From the sequence record MN988522.1: a stretch of 64,000 nucleotides of DNA. One strand, written 5' to 3'. The notes beneath the pieces are model-generated. The model was not told the DNA's origin and did not search any database. It was given only the letters and a program-made list of their open reading frames with translations. The position numbers and the translations under genes were made by a program. Below are positions 38,801-48,782 of this stretch, one piece after another (within the stretch, counting starts at the first letter, position 1; each line of letters opens with the position of its first letter).

Positions 38801-38933
38801 CGTTTCTAATCGACTCCTGAATTTCATTCAATTCAGCTGCTTGTAGACCACTACCTGCAAGGAATAGAAGACGACTATAATTCTTAGTCGCATCAAATCT
38901 ATTAAAATATGCGTTAGGAGGCGTATATGTCAT
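35823..38933 (-). CDS. Large baseplate/tail structural protein (DUF4815-like)
   Basis: YFNRFD..LFLAG..LQAAELNEIQ N-terminus; DPIAETF; baseplate context. Confidence 0.75.
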   Translation of the reverse strand: MTYTPPNAYFNRFDATKNYSRLLFLAGSGLQAAELNEIQESIRNDLKLILTQLVTNGSILTGGEVEAVTTTGITLKNATVYLDGVTAQVPTRVVPITATGTYVVGVAAKTVLITELEDPLILEPDPASPNVGQPGAMREKMSARWIAQGELTGDEVFFPIITIVDGVIQTISRQTDDVSLVMNKLLNQYDRETRGSTVLYGMSASFDSFDGSNSAIVNISSGKARVNGVPVIIETQQKVLFDPVVDNRAVAGEPYTYTGSATYNLRYNKINTVTRIQGTKSVTRTITHGSFSGAIDVLPDTPVLAVSSVTQGGTTYVVNTDYIVSGDSINWSPGGAEPAPGSTYTVTYTYISTFVPTISGDGLGVVLDSSNVLVNGSVFYVDYDYFLKRIDRLSITENKQFVISRGTPGYTTYNPPQYLSNALSLFTIELINGSNPVITADTVTNIPQSELNSLKSRLFSVEDNVATLSLMDSARSTDPTTNKRNLFVDNLKSNVKQDLGLTNNMILYLESLILDSTYNRLGVTSATTTLPFTETDVISQTQVTTSQKINPYAVAGAPPIGQLQLTPSNITQTTIWYQYRTIPSATGSWKKNVWNTIRDLFSTPLTSQTKTSTITTETVQARFLGFAPGETIHITYRSISQNVTADGSGAYTYNLSVAAGTPTNNYEIKGVGLSSNTTASAVLRVMTTATTEVVYYDPIAETFVLDEDDGDLTSVSLYVTELPDDDIVTKVAEAEYGIPLSATQSESGRIKKASVVAGWNKISFESPIPVSRGDEKALVVLTSQPAGSVGIAKLGYNDMLTQKRVTQQPYGGVFQVSANESTWTAFQDSDLTMILRKAVYTSGTSTATLLTLTGLTSISDWVLSDETITVPQSTTARFYLQDQAGTQYDITPGIPLYTVPLSGTVLLKVDMISSSTNKSPIIGKGLCLYGGTPVKPGTYTSRQFDIPNGSTTPATLKLVIDQYVPTGSTFQPSVQLANSSFASMTFVSSTQIGNEWTTSVYTYTGLAANASRLRLTLDKTDFTTAPAIRNIRLTIS

Positions 38934-38940
38934 TTTATCC

Positions 38941-39759
38941 TCAGAATGTCATAACTATTTCGTAGAACTCTCTAGTTGAAGAGTTTCTAATAATAGGAGA
39001 AACGTTCTCAATTGAAAGTAGTGAACCCTTATCGGAGACTTCACTTGGTATTAGGTATTGCTTATTCTCATTACCTGCTGTAGGTACTGTACCAATAAAT
39101 ATACCGTATTGATAGATAGTATTATTAGGCGCATCTGTGAGATCGTAAGCAATATAAGCGTAGATATATTTCGTCGGAGTTAATGACTCAGCCCATCGTC
39201 CCTGGTTTGTAACATACGCACCATTCACATCAGGTTTAACATACTTAACACTCATAACTTTTCTACGACCAAGTTCTCTATAAAGACCTTCGTAGGTCAA
39301 TAGAGGACTCGGAGGAGATGTAGTCCAAAGTGCAGAAGAAGTAGTGTTAACAGTCGGTATTGAAACAGTACCGACTGTAACTGAACCGTTATCAATCCAT
39401 TCAGCAGCAGTAACTGTTACAAGATACTTGTAATCATTTGATGCTGTTCTACCATAAACTTTGTAGGATTTAGCACCAGATACTGCACTCCAAGTCAACT
39501 TGATTGAACTACCAACTGAACTTAGAGTGAATGCAATAGCAGAAGATCCCGTAGTTTCTCCAGCATCTGTCGTACAAGTAACCTTGTAAGTATAACTTCC
39601 CAGAGGAAGCGTTCCTGCAACAGCTGATAGTGTGGCAGCTCCACTTGTCGGAGGGTCCATGTAAGGAGGGATATCTCCCCATGCAAGGTACAGTTGCTGA
39701 TCTTTAATCGATTTAGCGATCGCAACGTGACCTGTATTGGTTAGCACCATAAAAGCCAT
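38941..39759 (-). CDS. Baseplate protein with FN3-like insertion
   Basis: LYLAWG...ELGRRKV..YIAYD...IYQYGIF pattern; start at MAFMVL behind GGAG. Confidence 0.55.
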   Translation of the reverse strand: MAFMVLTNTGHVAIAKSIKDQQLYLAWGDIPPYMDPPTSGAATLSAVAGTLPLGSYTYKVTCTTDAGETTGSSAIAFTLSSVGSSIKLTWSAVSGAKSYKVYGRTASNDYKYLVTVTAAEWIDNGSVTVGTVSIPTVNTTSSALWTTSPPSPLLTYEGLYRELGRRKVMSVKYVKPDVNGAYVTNQGRWAESLTPTKYIYAYIAYDLTDAPNNTIYQYGIFIGTVPTAGNENKQYLIPSEVSDKGSLLSIENVSPIIRNSSTREFYEIVMTF

Positions 39760-39771
39760 AATTAACTCCAA

Positions 39772-40950
39772 TTATAGAACAGTAAGATAGATACTGTTGA
39801 ACTTCTTACCAAAATTCAAGGTACCTCCACTGCTCTGATCGCCAGCGAGTGTAGGTGTTGTAATCGCATCTACATCTGCACTAATACCATGTCGATACAT
39901 CGCGATGTGATTAGTTCTTAAAGTTTCAGCTCTATCTAGCATCGACTTACCGAGTACGAAGTTATGCGAAAGTGATTTATCTTGCCATGAATAATTTATG
40001 TTACCATCAAGTGGTCTTAGATCCTGGTCAAGCTTACTTTCATCAAGTGTGAAAGCATAGATATTATGACGTCTACGTCTGATATCGAATGCGAACGAGT
40101 CGTCTATAACAAGATCGTGAGATGTAATACGACCAGTTGTTGTCTGGAACATATAATAATCTTCACGGACGAATCTGTCCAGAATAAGATTAACGTCAAG
40201 CAGATTAGGTCTGAATCTATCGTAAACAAGATCCGACGATATCTGGTGACCTCTGATGGTCTCAATCTTGATTTCAGAATAATCGTAAATCAGATCCGAG
40301 TCAAAAGTATTACATAGAAGTAGATTAATCGTATTTGAGGTCGAAGTTGATGTTGATCCATAAGGTCTGCTCAACTTACTCATATCAAGAGTAAAGTCTC
40401 TTGACAGACGATGCATACCTAGAGATACAACATTGTTAGAATAATCGACTGATTCATCATAAACTCGACAATTCGTAATACCTTGAAGAGTCAAGCATAG
40501 AGGAAAGATTTCTCTCGCGAAGTCTTCAAGAGTAAGAATCTGATCAAGTGTGATTCTTACCTCATTCTCGAATACGAGAGTAACGTCTGTACAACCATTC
40601 TCTGACTTAACATAGATTATGTTCTTAGGTTGGAGATTCAATAGTCTCAAGACTAATTGAAATCCTTCTTCAGTACCTTTGATATTAGCCAAGTCTGACA
40701 TAATCATCGAAACTGATGTTTCGTCGACATTGCCAGAAAGTAGCTTACCTAGAGTACTGGAACCTAAAAACTTAAGAATCTGCTGAGCATCGTAGTGTTC
40801 GGATGCTGGATTGTACAGATTCTTGATCTTGTTAATTTCTGGAGATACTGTATCATTGATAACCTTATCGAGAACGTTCGTTACGTTCTCGTAAAGTGGA
40901 TACTCTCGCAGATTAGGTGGTAAGTAATTAATACTTTTCATCATATTCAT
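39772..40950 (-). CDS. Baseplate wedge/tail protein (gp7/tail protein I-like)
   Basis: LANIKGTEEGFQLVLRLL motif; follows the wedge gene. Confidence 0.5.
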   Translation of the reverse strand: MNMMKSINYLPPNLREYPLYENVTNVLDKVINDTVSPEINKIKNLYNPASEHYDAQQILKFLGSSTLGKLLSGNVDETSVSMIMSDLANIKGTEEGFQLVLRLLNLQPKNIIYVKSENGCTDVTLVFENEVRITLDQILTLEDFAREIFPLCLTLQGITNCRVYDESVDYSNNVVSLGMHRLSRDFTLDMSKLSRPYGSTSTSTSNTINLLLCNTFDSDLIYDYSEIKIETIRGHQISSDLVYDRFRPNLLDVNLILDRFVREDYYMFQTTTGRITSHDLVIDDSFAFDIRRRRHNIYAFTLDESKLDQDLRPLDGNINYSWQDKSLSHNFVLGKSMLDRAETLRTNHIAMYRHGISADVDAITTPTLAGDQSSGGTLNFGKKFNSIYLTVL

Positions 40951-42317
40951 TAGCTATATCCTAAATCAGGATCAGTACCTGAAACATCCAGTGTATTGAT
41001 ATCAAGAGAATACTGGATATCATAGCTGTTGATTTTAAAGTATTGATTATAGTTTGCACGCTTGTCTGCGATCGGATACTTAGGATAAACTCTCTTGACT
41101 CCAGGTAGATCCATAGCGATCAAACCTGAGACTGAGAAGATTCCACCTAACTTGTATTCCATTGATTGGAAGTAAGACTTAATAAGAGCATCTACTTCAA
41201 CACTGTCTGCAATTGTACTGAGTACGACTAGTACCTTGATATTGACACCTAGTTCAACAGGATCTTGAAGAACAATATTCGTACCTAGAACTTTATGTTT
41301 ATCTAAGTACGCATAAAATTGATCTTTCTCGTAACTGAGAAGATGTCTTTTCTGGTCTGTAACGTATGCGAGATCAACAGTACAACACGTATTTTGTCTC
41401 TTCACTGCATAACTTGAGATGATACCTGCATAAGATAGCGAGATGCTATTATAGTCCGCTAGTGTAATTAGACGTCTTTTAGTCGTGAAGTATCCTGGAG
41501 CGACTGATTTCAGTTTCTCGAGACTGTCTTCATTAGATCCATAAGAGAGAATTGTACCAGATAAGACTTCACCAGCATTGAATGTCAACTGAGATAGATC
41601 CAAACTCAGATCTTCAGTAGCTGCTCCAGGTTGAATGTATTCAACTTTAACGATATCGCCATTGTTAAGTTTCATCCCTAGATCGTCATCACCAAAGATG
41701 AAGTAGGTACCTGCCGTATAAGTTCTTTCTAGAACATCAGCATCAACTAGCTCTTCAGCATTTCGTACAACAGTTACAAGTTCGTCATTTACCATGACGT
41801 TGTAGAGATTGTTGTCAATGGTGTCTTCAACAAGAAATCGTTCGAATACTTTCGTACTTGTAGAAGTGAATTGTACTGACTTCCAGAGACCAATAACTAC
41901 ATCAACAGTATTCTGACCAGCAACAAATCCTGTATCAGATAGAATCGAAAGAAACTCACCTCGATAGTTACCGATCGGAGTCTCTTTGGTCCACTGAACA
42001 GGATTAGTTAATGTGAATGTAATTCTGAATCTAGGTGCTGCCATTCTATTGACATTGTAACCTAGAGTCGTTGACAATCCTACTACTGAAGATCGTAGTC
42101 GAGCAGTATCAATGTAGGCCTCTCTACGATTAGCAGATGCCATGTAGCTCAAGAATGATCCAAGACCTGCAGCGAGTTCGATGGTGGTCATACCAGCACC
42201 ACCCTCGTAGAAGTCTTTCCATCTTCTCTGGTAGTCGTTCAGTGACTGAACATATGTCTTCAAGTCGTTTCTGATAGACTCAAAGGAGATTGAAGTAGGA
42301 TTGATAATATTACTCAT
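40950..42317 (-). CDS. Baseplate wedge subunit (T4 gp6/baseplate J-like)
   Basis: SFESIRNDL..DFYEG..REAYIDTARLRSSV..LGY; RLITLADY. Confidence 0.8.
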   Translation of the reverse strand: MSNIINPTSISFESIRNDLKTYVQSLNDYQRRWKDFYEGGAGMTTIELAAGLGSFLSYMASANRREAYIDTARLRSSVVGLSTTLGYNVNRMAAPRFRITFTLTNPVQWTKETPIGNYRGEFLSILSDTGFVAGQNTVDVVIGLWKSVQFTSTSTKVFERFLVEDTIDNNLYNVMVNDELVTVVRNAEELVDADVLERTYTAGTYFIFGDDDLGMKLNNGDIVKVEYIQPGAATEDLSLDLSQLTFNAGEVLSGTILSYGSNEDSLEKLKSVAPGYFTTKRRLITLADYNSISLSYAGIISSYAVKRQNTCCTVDLAYVTDQKRHLLSYEKDQFYAYLDKHKVLGTNIVLQDPVELGVNIKVLVVLSTIADSVEVDALIKSYFQSMEYKLGGIFSVSGLIAMDLPGVKRVYPKYPIADKRANYNQYFKINSYDIQYSLDINTLDVSGTDPDLGYS

Positions 42318-42682
42318 TTGGACAGTCCTATGACTTGTTCAAATCTATCGTCTCCTAGTCCGACGACCTCAAATACAAGATATACTCGATAGATATGATT
42401 ATCGTAATCCGGATCAACACTAGATCTTGATGTGTCCAGAATTACTCTAGGCTCCCATCTGTAGATAGCTTCGACGATTTCGTTATACATCTGAAACGCG
42501 AGAGCTTCAGTCATAGGTTCGAAAAGTAAGTCTTCCAGATTAGATCCGAAGTCTGCTAGGAATAGTCTCGTATTTTTACTCGTGGTTAGGATCGATATGA
42601 TTGATTGTTTGATCGAATCAATATCGTAAACGTAATTAGATTTCAACGATTGATTGATATCGGAGTAAACATAATACTGCAT
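42314..42682 (-). CDS. Baseplate wedge gp25-like
   Basis: SIKQSIISILTT..RLF..DFGSNL..LLFE..IYRWEPRV. Confidence 0.88.
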   Translation of the reverse strand: MQYYVYSDINQSLKSNYVYDIDSIKQSIISILTTSKNTRLFLADFGSNLEDLLFEPMTEALAFQMYNEIVEAIYRWEPRVILDTSRSSVDPDYDNHIYRVYLVFEVVGLGDDRFEQVIGLSK

Positions 42683-42683
42683 G

Positions 42684-43289
42684 TCAATTCAGATTAATCT
42701 TATCACCAGTAACATTGATTTCTCCATTACTGGTAACATTAATCTCTCCCTCTGCACTAATGTTAATCGTACCTTTGAGACTGAGACTCAAGGAGCCATC
42801 CTTCTCAATTTTCATATTCAACTTAGGCTCGTCAGACGATTGAGTAGAAGACCCTTCATCTTCTTCAGTAGCCATGTGGATGTACTCTGCAGTACCTTTC
42901 TTCTTATTCTGTCGATAGACATTACCAGAAGTATCTCTCCAACCATAGCTCTCAGGATAATCTTCGTCGAAATCTCCTGTAGACTCTTTCTCACTCTGCC
43001 AATGACCTGAGTAGAATGGCTGATAAACATTACCATGAGGAAAGGTAACAGATAGATGTGATCCAATCACTGGCACACTAAACTGACTACCTTTTCCAGA
43101 CCCTCCTTGGAAGGTAGGTTGATTAGGATAAACCCATGGAAGGTCTTCAGTATTACCTTTGTAAATACCATCAATCGTGACTTTAACTCGACCTAGCTTC
43201 TTAGGGTCTTTGTTGTCAACAACAGTACCCTTCTGAGGCTTATTCAAATTATTAGTCTTGCTCATCCACTCTGCTGGTTTTAGAAGCAT
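42684..43289 (-). CDS. Baseplate central spike (gp5/VgrG OB-fold, no lysozyme domain)
   Basis: GTVVDNKDPKKLGRVKV..LPW..SVPVIGS..G..YQPFY; C-terminal beta repeats ending INLN. Confidence 0.8.
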   Translation of the reverse strand: MLLKPAEWMSKTNNLNKPQKGTVVDNKDPKKLGRVKVTIDGIYKGNTEDLPWVYPNQPTFQGGSGKGSQFSVPVIGSHLSVTFPHGNVYQPFYSGHWQSEKESTGDFDEDYPESYGWRDTSGNVYRQNKKKGTAEYIHMATEEDEGSSTQSSDEPKLNMKIEKDGSLSLSLKGTINISAEGEINVTSNGEINVTGDKINLN

Positions 43290-44413
43290 TAATTATTTCC
43301 TACTGCACCGTTCATAGCTTCACGATTCAATACGAGATTAGTTTTGAATGAATAATCTTCGATGATTCTAGCTACTTTAGATACAATCCAGTAACCTGAA
43401 TAGTTCTCTGAACTGTATTCACGAGTGGTAGGACCGTCTGTGAATTTAACTAGATCGAGAGCACGTACTGGAAAGAATCTATTTGAACAATTGACGGTCA
43501 ACTTATTGCTACTGAAAGTAGCAAGATTAGCTAGATTGTTAGATTTAGCTTCATGGAATTTCTTATTAGTATTCTCATTAAGAATCAGATTCTCACCTGT
43601 TCTAAGAAGAGCACTAGCCGACTGTTCAAGACTTGATCCCATCGACATTACTTGAGATACGACTGAACTGAATAGAGAAAGAAGTCCTCCGTCGAGATCA
43701 ATAACATTGTTAGATCTGGAGTAACCTTGCCAATAGTTCATAAATCCTGTATCTGCTTCAATTACATAATTGGTATCGTAATAGATCGTATTCGGACCTT
43801 CATTACGATTTGACAGAATGAATTTAGGACTACCTGCCATAACATTTTCGATAGATCGTAATCTGAATCTTCCATCTGAAGTAATTGCGACCATAGGAAA
43901 ATTCTTAGATCCTAAGTCGGATCTCGTCCACAATTCATTAACGAATGACTTATCTGTGATACTATGTTGGATCCAATTTTGGATATCTGAAGATGCTGAG
44001 ATATCGAAATCTGGAATAAAGTGCTTGCTAACAATTTGACTCATTGTGGCAATAGCTGACTGCTTAGGGGTGACCATAACATCGGTACCAGTTAGGTATT
44101 CGATTCTATCGTACAACCCCTTCACAGTCATAATGTAACTCGAACCTGAACGTCTTGAAAGCTCTTTCTTCATAGGCTTCAATCTCATGTTCGATAGTTC
44201 TAAGGTATCTAATCCCATCGCAGCGTTGATGACAGATTTCTCATTCATATGAGAGATAACTTCGTCACTATCAGACTCGAATGTCAACTCGAAAGTTGGT
44301 AAAGTATTACCAGCTTCTTCGACAACCATGAATCTCTTTAGATCTGAGTTACCGAGAAAGTTACGTCCATTGATATCGAATGATGCGACATACTGACCTT
44401 TAACACCTATCAT
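43289..44413 (-). CDS. Baseplate hub protein (gp27-like)
   Basis: Size and position between gp53-like and gp5-like genes; YSGYWIVSKV..TNLVLNRE C-terminus. Confidence 0.6.
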   Translation of the reverse strand: MIGVKGQYVASFDINGRNFLGNSDLKRFMVVEEAGNTLPTFELTFESDSDEVISHMNEKSVINAAMGLDTLELSNMRLKPMKKELSRRSGSSYIMTVKGLYDRIEYLTGTDVMVTPKQSAIATMSQIVSKHFIPDFDISASSDIQNWIQHSITDKSFVNELWTRSDLGSKNFPMVAITSDGRFRLRSIENVMAGSPKFILSNRNEGPNTIYYDTNYVIEADTGFMNYWQGYSRSNNVIDLDGGLLSLFSSVVSQVMSMGSSLEQSASALLRTGENLILNENTNKKFHEAKSNNLANLATFSSNKLTVNCSNRFFPVRALDLVKFTDGPTTREYSSENYSGYWIVSKVARIIEDYSFKTNLVLNREAMNGAVGNN

Positions 44414-44423
44414 CTTAAGTCCT

Positions 44424-44771
44424 CTACGATGAAACTCCTGGCACTAGCGAGAAGTAGATATTCTCAAGCGTTGATACACTTGGATAACGGATAACTGTAC
44501 CTGTAACAATATCCTCAGGATCTACAATATCGTTGTAGAGCATGAGGATCCACCAATACTGAGAATAACCTAGACCATAGATCTTCTCAGCAATCAGATC
44601 AGGACGACCGTCCTCACTTGTGACAGTGAAGACACCGTATTTACCAATAGTTCTCAGTTTATCCATAAATGTCGAATCAAGGATATCGTACATGTCCTCT
44701 GAATAAGGCATAAACTTTGCTTGATCGTATCTATTGATAACATTAGCGTCGTAATTGATTTTGAATGCCAT
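44424..44771 (-). CDS. Baseplate wedge gp53/LysM-like
   Basis: GRPDLIAEKIYG...WWILMLYNDIVDP..G..IRYPS. Confidence 0.8.
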   Translation of the reverse strand: MAFKINYDANVINRYDQAKFMPYSEDMYDILDSTFMDKLRTIGKYGVFTVTSEDGRPDLIAEKIYGLGYSQYWWILMLYNDIVDPEDIVTGTVIRYPSVSTLENIYFSLVPGVSS

Positions 44772-44780
44772 TTACGACTC

Positions 44781-45464
44781 CTAACGAATGTTGTCCAAGA
44801 ACCATCCTTGGACTTCCTTCTTAGTAGGAAGTATTGCAGGTTGGAATTGGAGAGTTACCTTAGCATAAAGTGGTTTATTCGTACCCTTCACAGTCTCTTT
44901 CGAGAATACTGTAGATACACTCATCAGTACGAGTCGACTAGCTCTAAACCAATTGGCATATTGGATTGACCATGTCCCTCGTAGTGAATTTCTGAATGAG
45001 TCTTCTCCGACATTAGCATCAACATCTGGTGTCCATCCGTCCATACTAATATCGACGATCTTCGAACTGTACCCATAAGGTGCTTGAAGAAGTGGAAAGG
45101 AGTATTCAGGAGTAACACCACCATAGAGATATTTAATATCGTCAAAGATATTAACATTTCTATTGTAAGTGATAAGAGTGATAGGGATTACGAACGTCGG
45201 TTTACTTGAACCATTCCATCTCGATAATGTCTGCTGGAGTGATTTAACAACTCTCTGAGTCATACCGAATGGATTGGTAGCTGCATTTAAGAATTTACTG
45301 GCTGCTTCACCTAGACTGGCTGAGTCTGCATCGCTGAATTCACTAGTAATGTCGAAGCCAAAATCGGCTTCGACAAGTGCAGTGATGGCTCTACCTGGAC
45401 CAGCAATCATAACTGTAGCATTTCCATTTTTCTTAAGAGATTCTACATAGAGAGATTTTGTCAT
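44781..45464 (-). CDS. Tail tube initiator / baseplate-tail junction protein (gp48/54-like)
   Basis: Position after tape measure; C-terminal LMSVSTVFS..PLYAKVTLQF. Confidence 0.5.
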   Translation of the reverse strand: MTKSLYVESLKKNGNATVMIAGPGRAITALVEADFGFDITSEFSDADSASLGEAASKFLNAATNPFGMTQRVVKSLQQTLSRWNGSSKPTFVIPITLITYNRNVNIFDDIKYLYGGVTPEYSFPLLQAPYGYSSKIVDISMDGWTPDVDANVGEDSFRNSLRGTWSIQYANWFRASRLVLMSVSTVFSKETVKGTNKPLYAKVTLQFQPAILPTKKEVQGWFLDNIR

Positions 45465-48400
45465 CCTAGAAACATCTGTTGGAACATAGATATACCAAGA
45501 TCGTCGATAGAGTTCTTCGTGTCCTTAGCAGTGGATGTATTCATAGCAGTCTGAAGACTAGCTGGAGCAGCTGCAGCAGGAGCTTGAGATATATTAGGTG
45601 CAACAGTAGGTGGTTGTATTCTGTTGACGTTAGGCATATCCATCTGAGGGACAACTGTAGTTCTCACTTTTCTAGGATCTGTACCTTGAGGAGTGAAATT
45701 AGGTCCGTTCAGATAAGCATCTGCTTCAGCATCAGTATACTTGTACTCAGGATTAACTCCTGCGAGACCTTGATCGATAAGTCTCTGAGACTCCTTCGAT
45801 ACGATAGGTCCACCTTCGTTATTGTAGTTCCAGAATTTAGCACGATCGGTATGTTTATCCATATGGATACCACCACCGCTCATCTGCATTCCTACTCCAC
45901 CATAACCTGAAGCAATATATCCTTGACTTACTCTTGCATACTCTTCTTGAGAGATCTGCTTGCCATCAGGTCCGATAATCTTAAGGTCTGCAGCACCTCC
46001 ATGGTCGTGACGAGTTGATCCTGTACGAGGACCTCCTTCTTCCTTACCATTTTGACCACCACTATATACCTCTACACGGTATCCTGGACCTAGAGTCTTG
46101 TAAACACTTCTGGCAATATTTCTCTTCAGATCAGGTTCAATACCTTGCTTACGAATACCAGCTGTCTGACCTTGATTCTCTGAAACAATCTTATCTACAC
46201 CTGCTGATCCTTGACCTGGACCAAAGTTAGGCATCATAAGGGACATTCCAGATCCAGGACTTGCACCTAATAAATTGAAATTAGGCTTACCAGAAGCTTG
46301 AGTATCGTTAAGATACTGGCTACGTTTACCTATTTCACCTGAAGGATTCTGAGGTCTCTCAAACCCACTAATATGTGCAGACATTGCCTCTGCAGCAGTT
46401 GTGGCAGACATGATCTTAGCATTGGCTCTAGATTCAGATCCTAACATCTCTTGACGATAGTACTGTTGTTGAACACCAACGTCAGTCCAATCTTTTCCTT
46501 GAGATGCAGCGAACTTCTTCAGATCAGTGAATCTCGTAGATCCATTTCTGGAACTATCGTGCCACTGAGCAGTACCACCTGATTCACCGTCAACGTCATT
46601 AGCATTGTAAGCAGCAGAATTCAGACCAGATCCACTCTCGCCTCTCATCGAAGCGATTTCACCTCTAGCTTGTTCAGGAGTTCTTCCTAGTCCACCTTGA
46701 GATACTGGTTTGGTTAAGAAATCATACCAACTCTTAACGTTGTCATTAGCGCCTGATCCACTGATACCTGGTTTAGACAAGTCTTGAGCAGATGCTCCTA
46801 ACATCTTGAAGTTACTACCAGATGATCCTGAGAATCCTGCAGATTGAGGCATATTGCTATTGGAGAAACTCCCTTTACCATCTCCTAAGAATCCGGAGTT
46901 GAATAAGTTAGCTCTCTGTCTTTCAGCAGCAATCTGTTGAGGAGTCTTAGCTGAACGACCTGATCTTCTTGATCGACCTGATCCTCCACCACCTCCAGAT
47001 CCTGTCGAACTTGATCCTCCTAATCCAGGAAGACCATCTGCAGGATTATAACTGATTCCTGATGCAGATACACCTGCTCCAGGATAATTAGGTAAACCTG
47101 AATTGAAATTCAAGCGAGGATTAAGTTCTTTAGCTATCTTCTTAGCTAAGTCTTCTCTTTCCTTCTCTCTTTCTCTATTCAATTGACTTTCAGATTTACG
47201 AGAATCTTCAAGTGACTTCTGACCGAGTCCGAGCCAGCTTCTAGGAGTACCTATATTGTCAAGGATCCATTTGTCCAGACCTTCAGCACTCTTACTGTTC
47301 TTCTCAATAAACTTCTGAAGTTCTTTAGGGTCAGTAGGTATTTCATCTACAAGACTGTATGCTGTATAAGCTCCGATGAGTGGAACTGCTTTACCTAGGA
47401 CCTTACCAAGTATAGAAGACGATCCTTTGAAGATACCTCCAACAGATCCTCCTTTACCTTTCAGCCATCCTAAGAGTCCACCTCCACCAGCTGCTCCTCC
47501 ACCAATTCCGAGAGCATCCTTCCAATTCAATCCACTTCCGTCAGCAATACCTGCTAACATACCTAGTAGACCTTTGGATGCTTTCTTTTCACGAAGACTA
47601 TCTGAGATGTTGTCTCTATTAATAGCTTCACTGATTTCAGAGATAGACTTCTCTTCAAGACGAATCTGCGTCATTTGATTGTTGATCATCTTGGTCTGAG
47701 TAACCTCAGATTCTTTAAGTTGATCAATAACCGTCTTGTTAGACTTAGCTAGACTCTGAATTCCTGTCTTGATATCTTCAAGATTTTCAGAGTCATCTTC
47801 TTGACGTTTCTCATCTGCAACACTAGACTCTTTATCTACACTTGCAAACTTATTCAGATAGTCCTTCTTAGAATATCTGCCACGGAGCTTACCTAGTCCG
47901 ACTTTAGTGACACCAGATAATCGATCGGATATTCCAAGAATATCATCAATACCGTGAAGTCCTAGTGAACCAAAACCTACTCCGTAGATATCCTTAATGA
48001 GATCGTCAGGATTGAATCGACCTGGATTTTTCAGGAATGCATCTTTAAATTTCTCGCTACCGACTCTTCGATTATCGAGATTGATACGTTCTCTGTGAGA
48101 GTAGAGTGACAGGTCAGAGGATCTTTTCAGATCCATGACACTGATCTTCTTTGATTGCTGTTCTAATTTCTTGATAGCTGCATCAAGATTTTGATTAGAG
48201 CGATCTTGATCATATATACTATATGATCCTGAGACTCCACTTTTGGATAGAACTTTATTAAGTTCTCTAACAGCTTTCTTCTTAATGTCACTTGAGTAAT
48301 GCTTCGTACTCAATAGTGCACGGTAATTATTAATCACGTCTTGAACGTTAACGTAGACCATAAGATCTGACGCTTCAGCATCCTTAACGAGATCTGCTAC

Positions 48401-48673
48401 ACGTGATCGTAACTTACGAATAGAGATAGCGTCTGAACGATCGAGATCTCTTTTATGCTTATAGATCTTCTCGTTCAGACGAGCTAGTTCATTGAAGTCA
48501 GATTGACTTAATCTACGATTAGTCTCAGCGTCGAATTTACGAAGATTATTCATCGTCATCTTAAATTCGACGAGTTCTTCTTCGACCTCAAGTCTCAGTT
48601 TTCTGAGTTCTTTATCTGAGATTTTAGATCCATTATCTCTGTCGGGATGAGATCCCTCGCGGGTCGTTACCAT
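45461..48673 (-). CDS. Tape-measure-like protein with tail-lysozyme and M15-type peptidase domains
   Basis: Helical N-terminus, Gly-rich hydrophobic segment, ASMRGES..GTAQWH..FERP lysozyme-like domain, and RHDHGGAAD..IHMD (H-x6-D..H) motif. Confidence 0.75.
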   Translation of the reverse strand: MVTTREGSHPDRDNGSKISDKELRKLRLEVEEELVEFKMTMNNLRKFDAETNRRLSQSDFNELARLNEKIYKHKRDLDRSDAISIRKLRSRVADLVKDAEASDLMVYVNVQDVINNYRALLSTKHYSSDIKKKAVRELNKVLSKSGVSGSYSIYDQDRSNQNLDAAIKKLEQQSKKISVMDLKRSSDLSLYSHRERINLDNRRVGSEKFKDAFLKNPGRFNPDDLIKDIYGVGFGSLGLHGIDDILGISDRLSGVTKVGLGKLRGRYSKKDYLNKFASVDKESSVADEKRQEDDSENLEDIKTGIQSLAKSNKTVIDQLKESEVTQTKMINNQMTQIRLEEKSISEISEAINRDNISDSLREKKASKGLLGMLAGIADGSGLNWKDALGIGGGAAGGGGLLGWLKGKGGSVGGIFKGSSSILGKVLGKAVPLIGAYTAYSLVDEIPTDPKELQKFIEKNSKSAEGLDKWILDNIGTPRSWLGLGQKSLEDSRKSESQLNREREKEREDLAKKIAKELNPRLNFNSGLPNYPGAGVSASGISYNPADGLPGLGGSSSTGSGGGGGSGRSRRSGRSAKTPQQIAAERQRANLFNSGFLGDGKGSFSNSNMPQSAGFSGSSGSNFKMLGASAQDLSKPGISGSGANDNVKSWYDFLTKPVSQGGLGRTPEQARGEIASMRGESGSGLNSAAYNANDVDGESGGTAQWHDSSRNGSTRFTDLKKFAASQGKDWTDVGVQQQYYRQEMLGSESRANAKIMSATTAAEAMSAHISGFERPQNPSGEIGKRSQYLNDTQASGKPNFNLLGASPGSGMSLMMPNFGPGQGSAGVDKIVSENQGQTAGIRKQGIEPDLKRNIARSVYKTLGPGYRVEVYSGGQNGKEEGGPRTGSTRHDHGGAADLKIIGPDGKQISQEEYARVSQGYIASGYGGVGMQMSGGGIHMDKHTDRAKFWNYNNEGGPIVSKESQRLIDQGLAGVNPEYKYTDAEADAYLNGPNFTPQGTDPRKVRTTVVPQMDMPNVNRIQPPTVAPNISQAPAAAAPASLQTAMNTSTAKDTKNSIDDLGISMFQQMFLG

Positions 48674-48782
48674 TCTTCATCTCCTCTTGGAGTCTCTCGT
48701 AGATGTAGGTAGCTTCCACATAGTCAAGGGATTTCAGACTCATAGGATCAGCGTTCAGGTAGAATGCCAAACCGAACGACAT
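48633..48782 (-). CDS. Unannotated 49-aa ORF / +1 frameshift extension of tail chaperone (gp51- or gpT-like)
   Basis: Frame is open from 48809 to TAA at 48633-48635: FVNPQSLLEMSFGLAFYLNADPMSLKSLDYVEATYIYERLQEEMK..; no clear SD before the ATG at 48782. Confidence 0.65.
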   Translation of the reverse strand: MSFGLAFYLNADPMSLKSLDYVEATYIYERLQEEMKNGNDPRGISSRQR

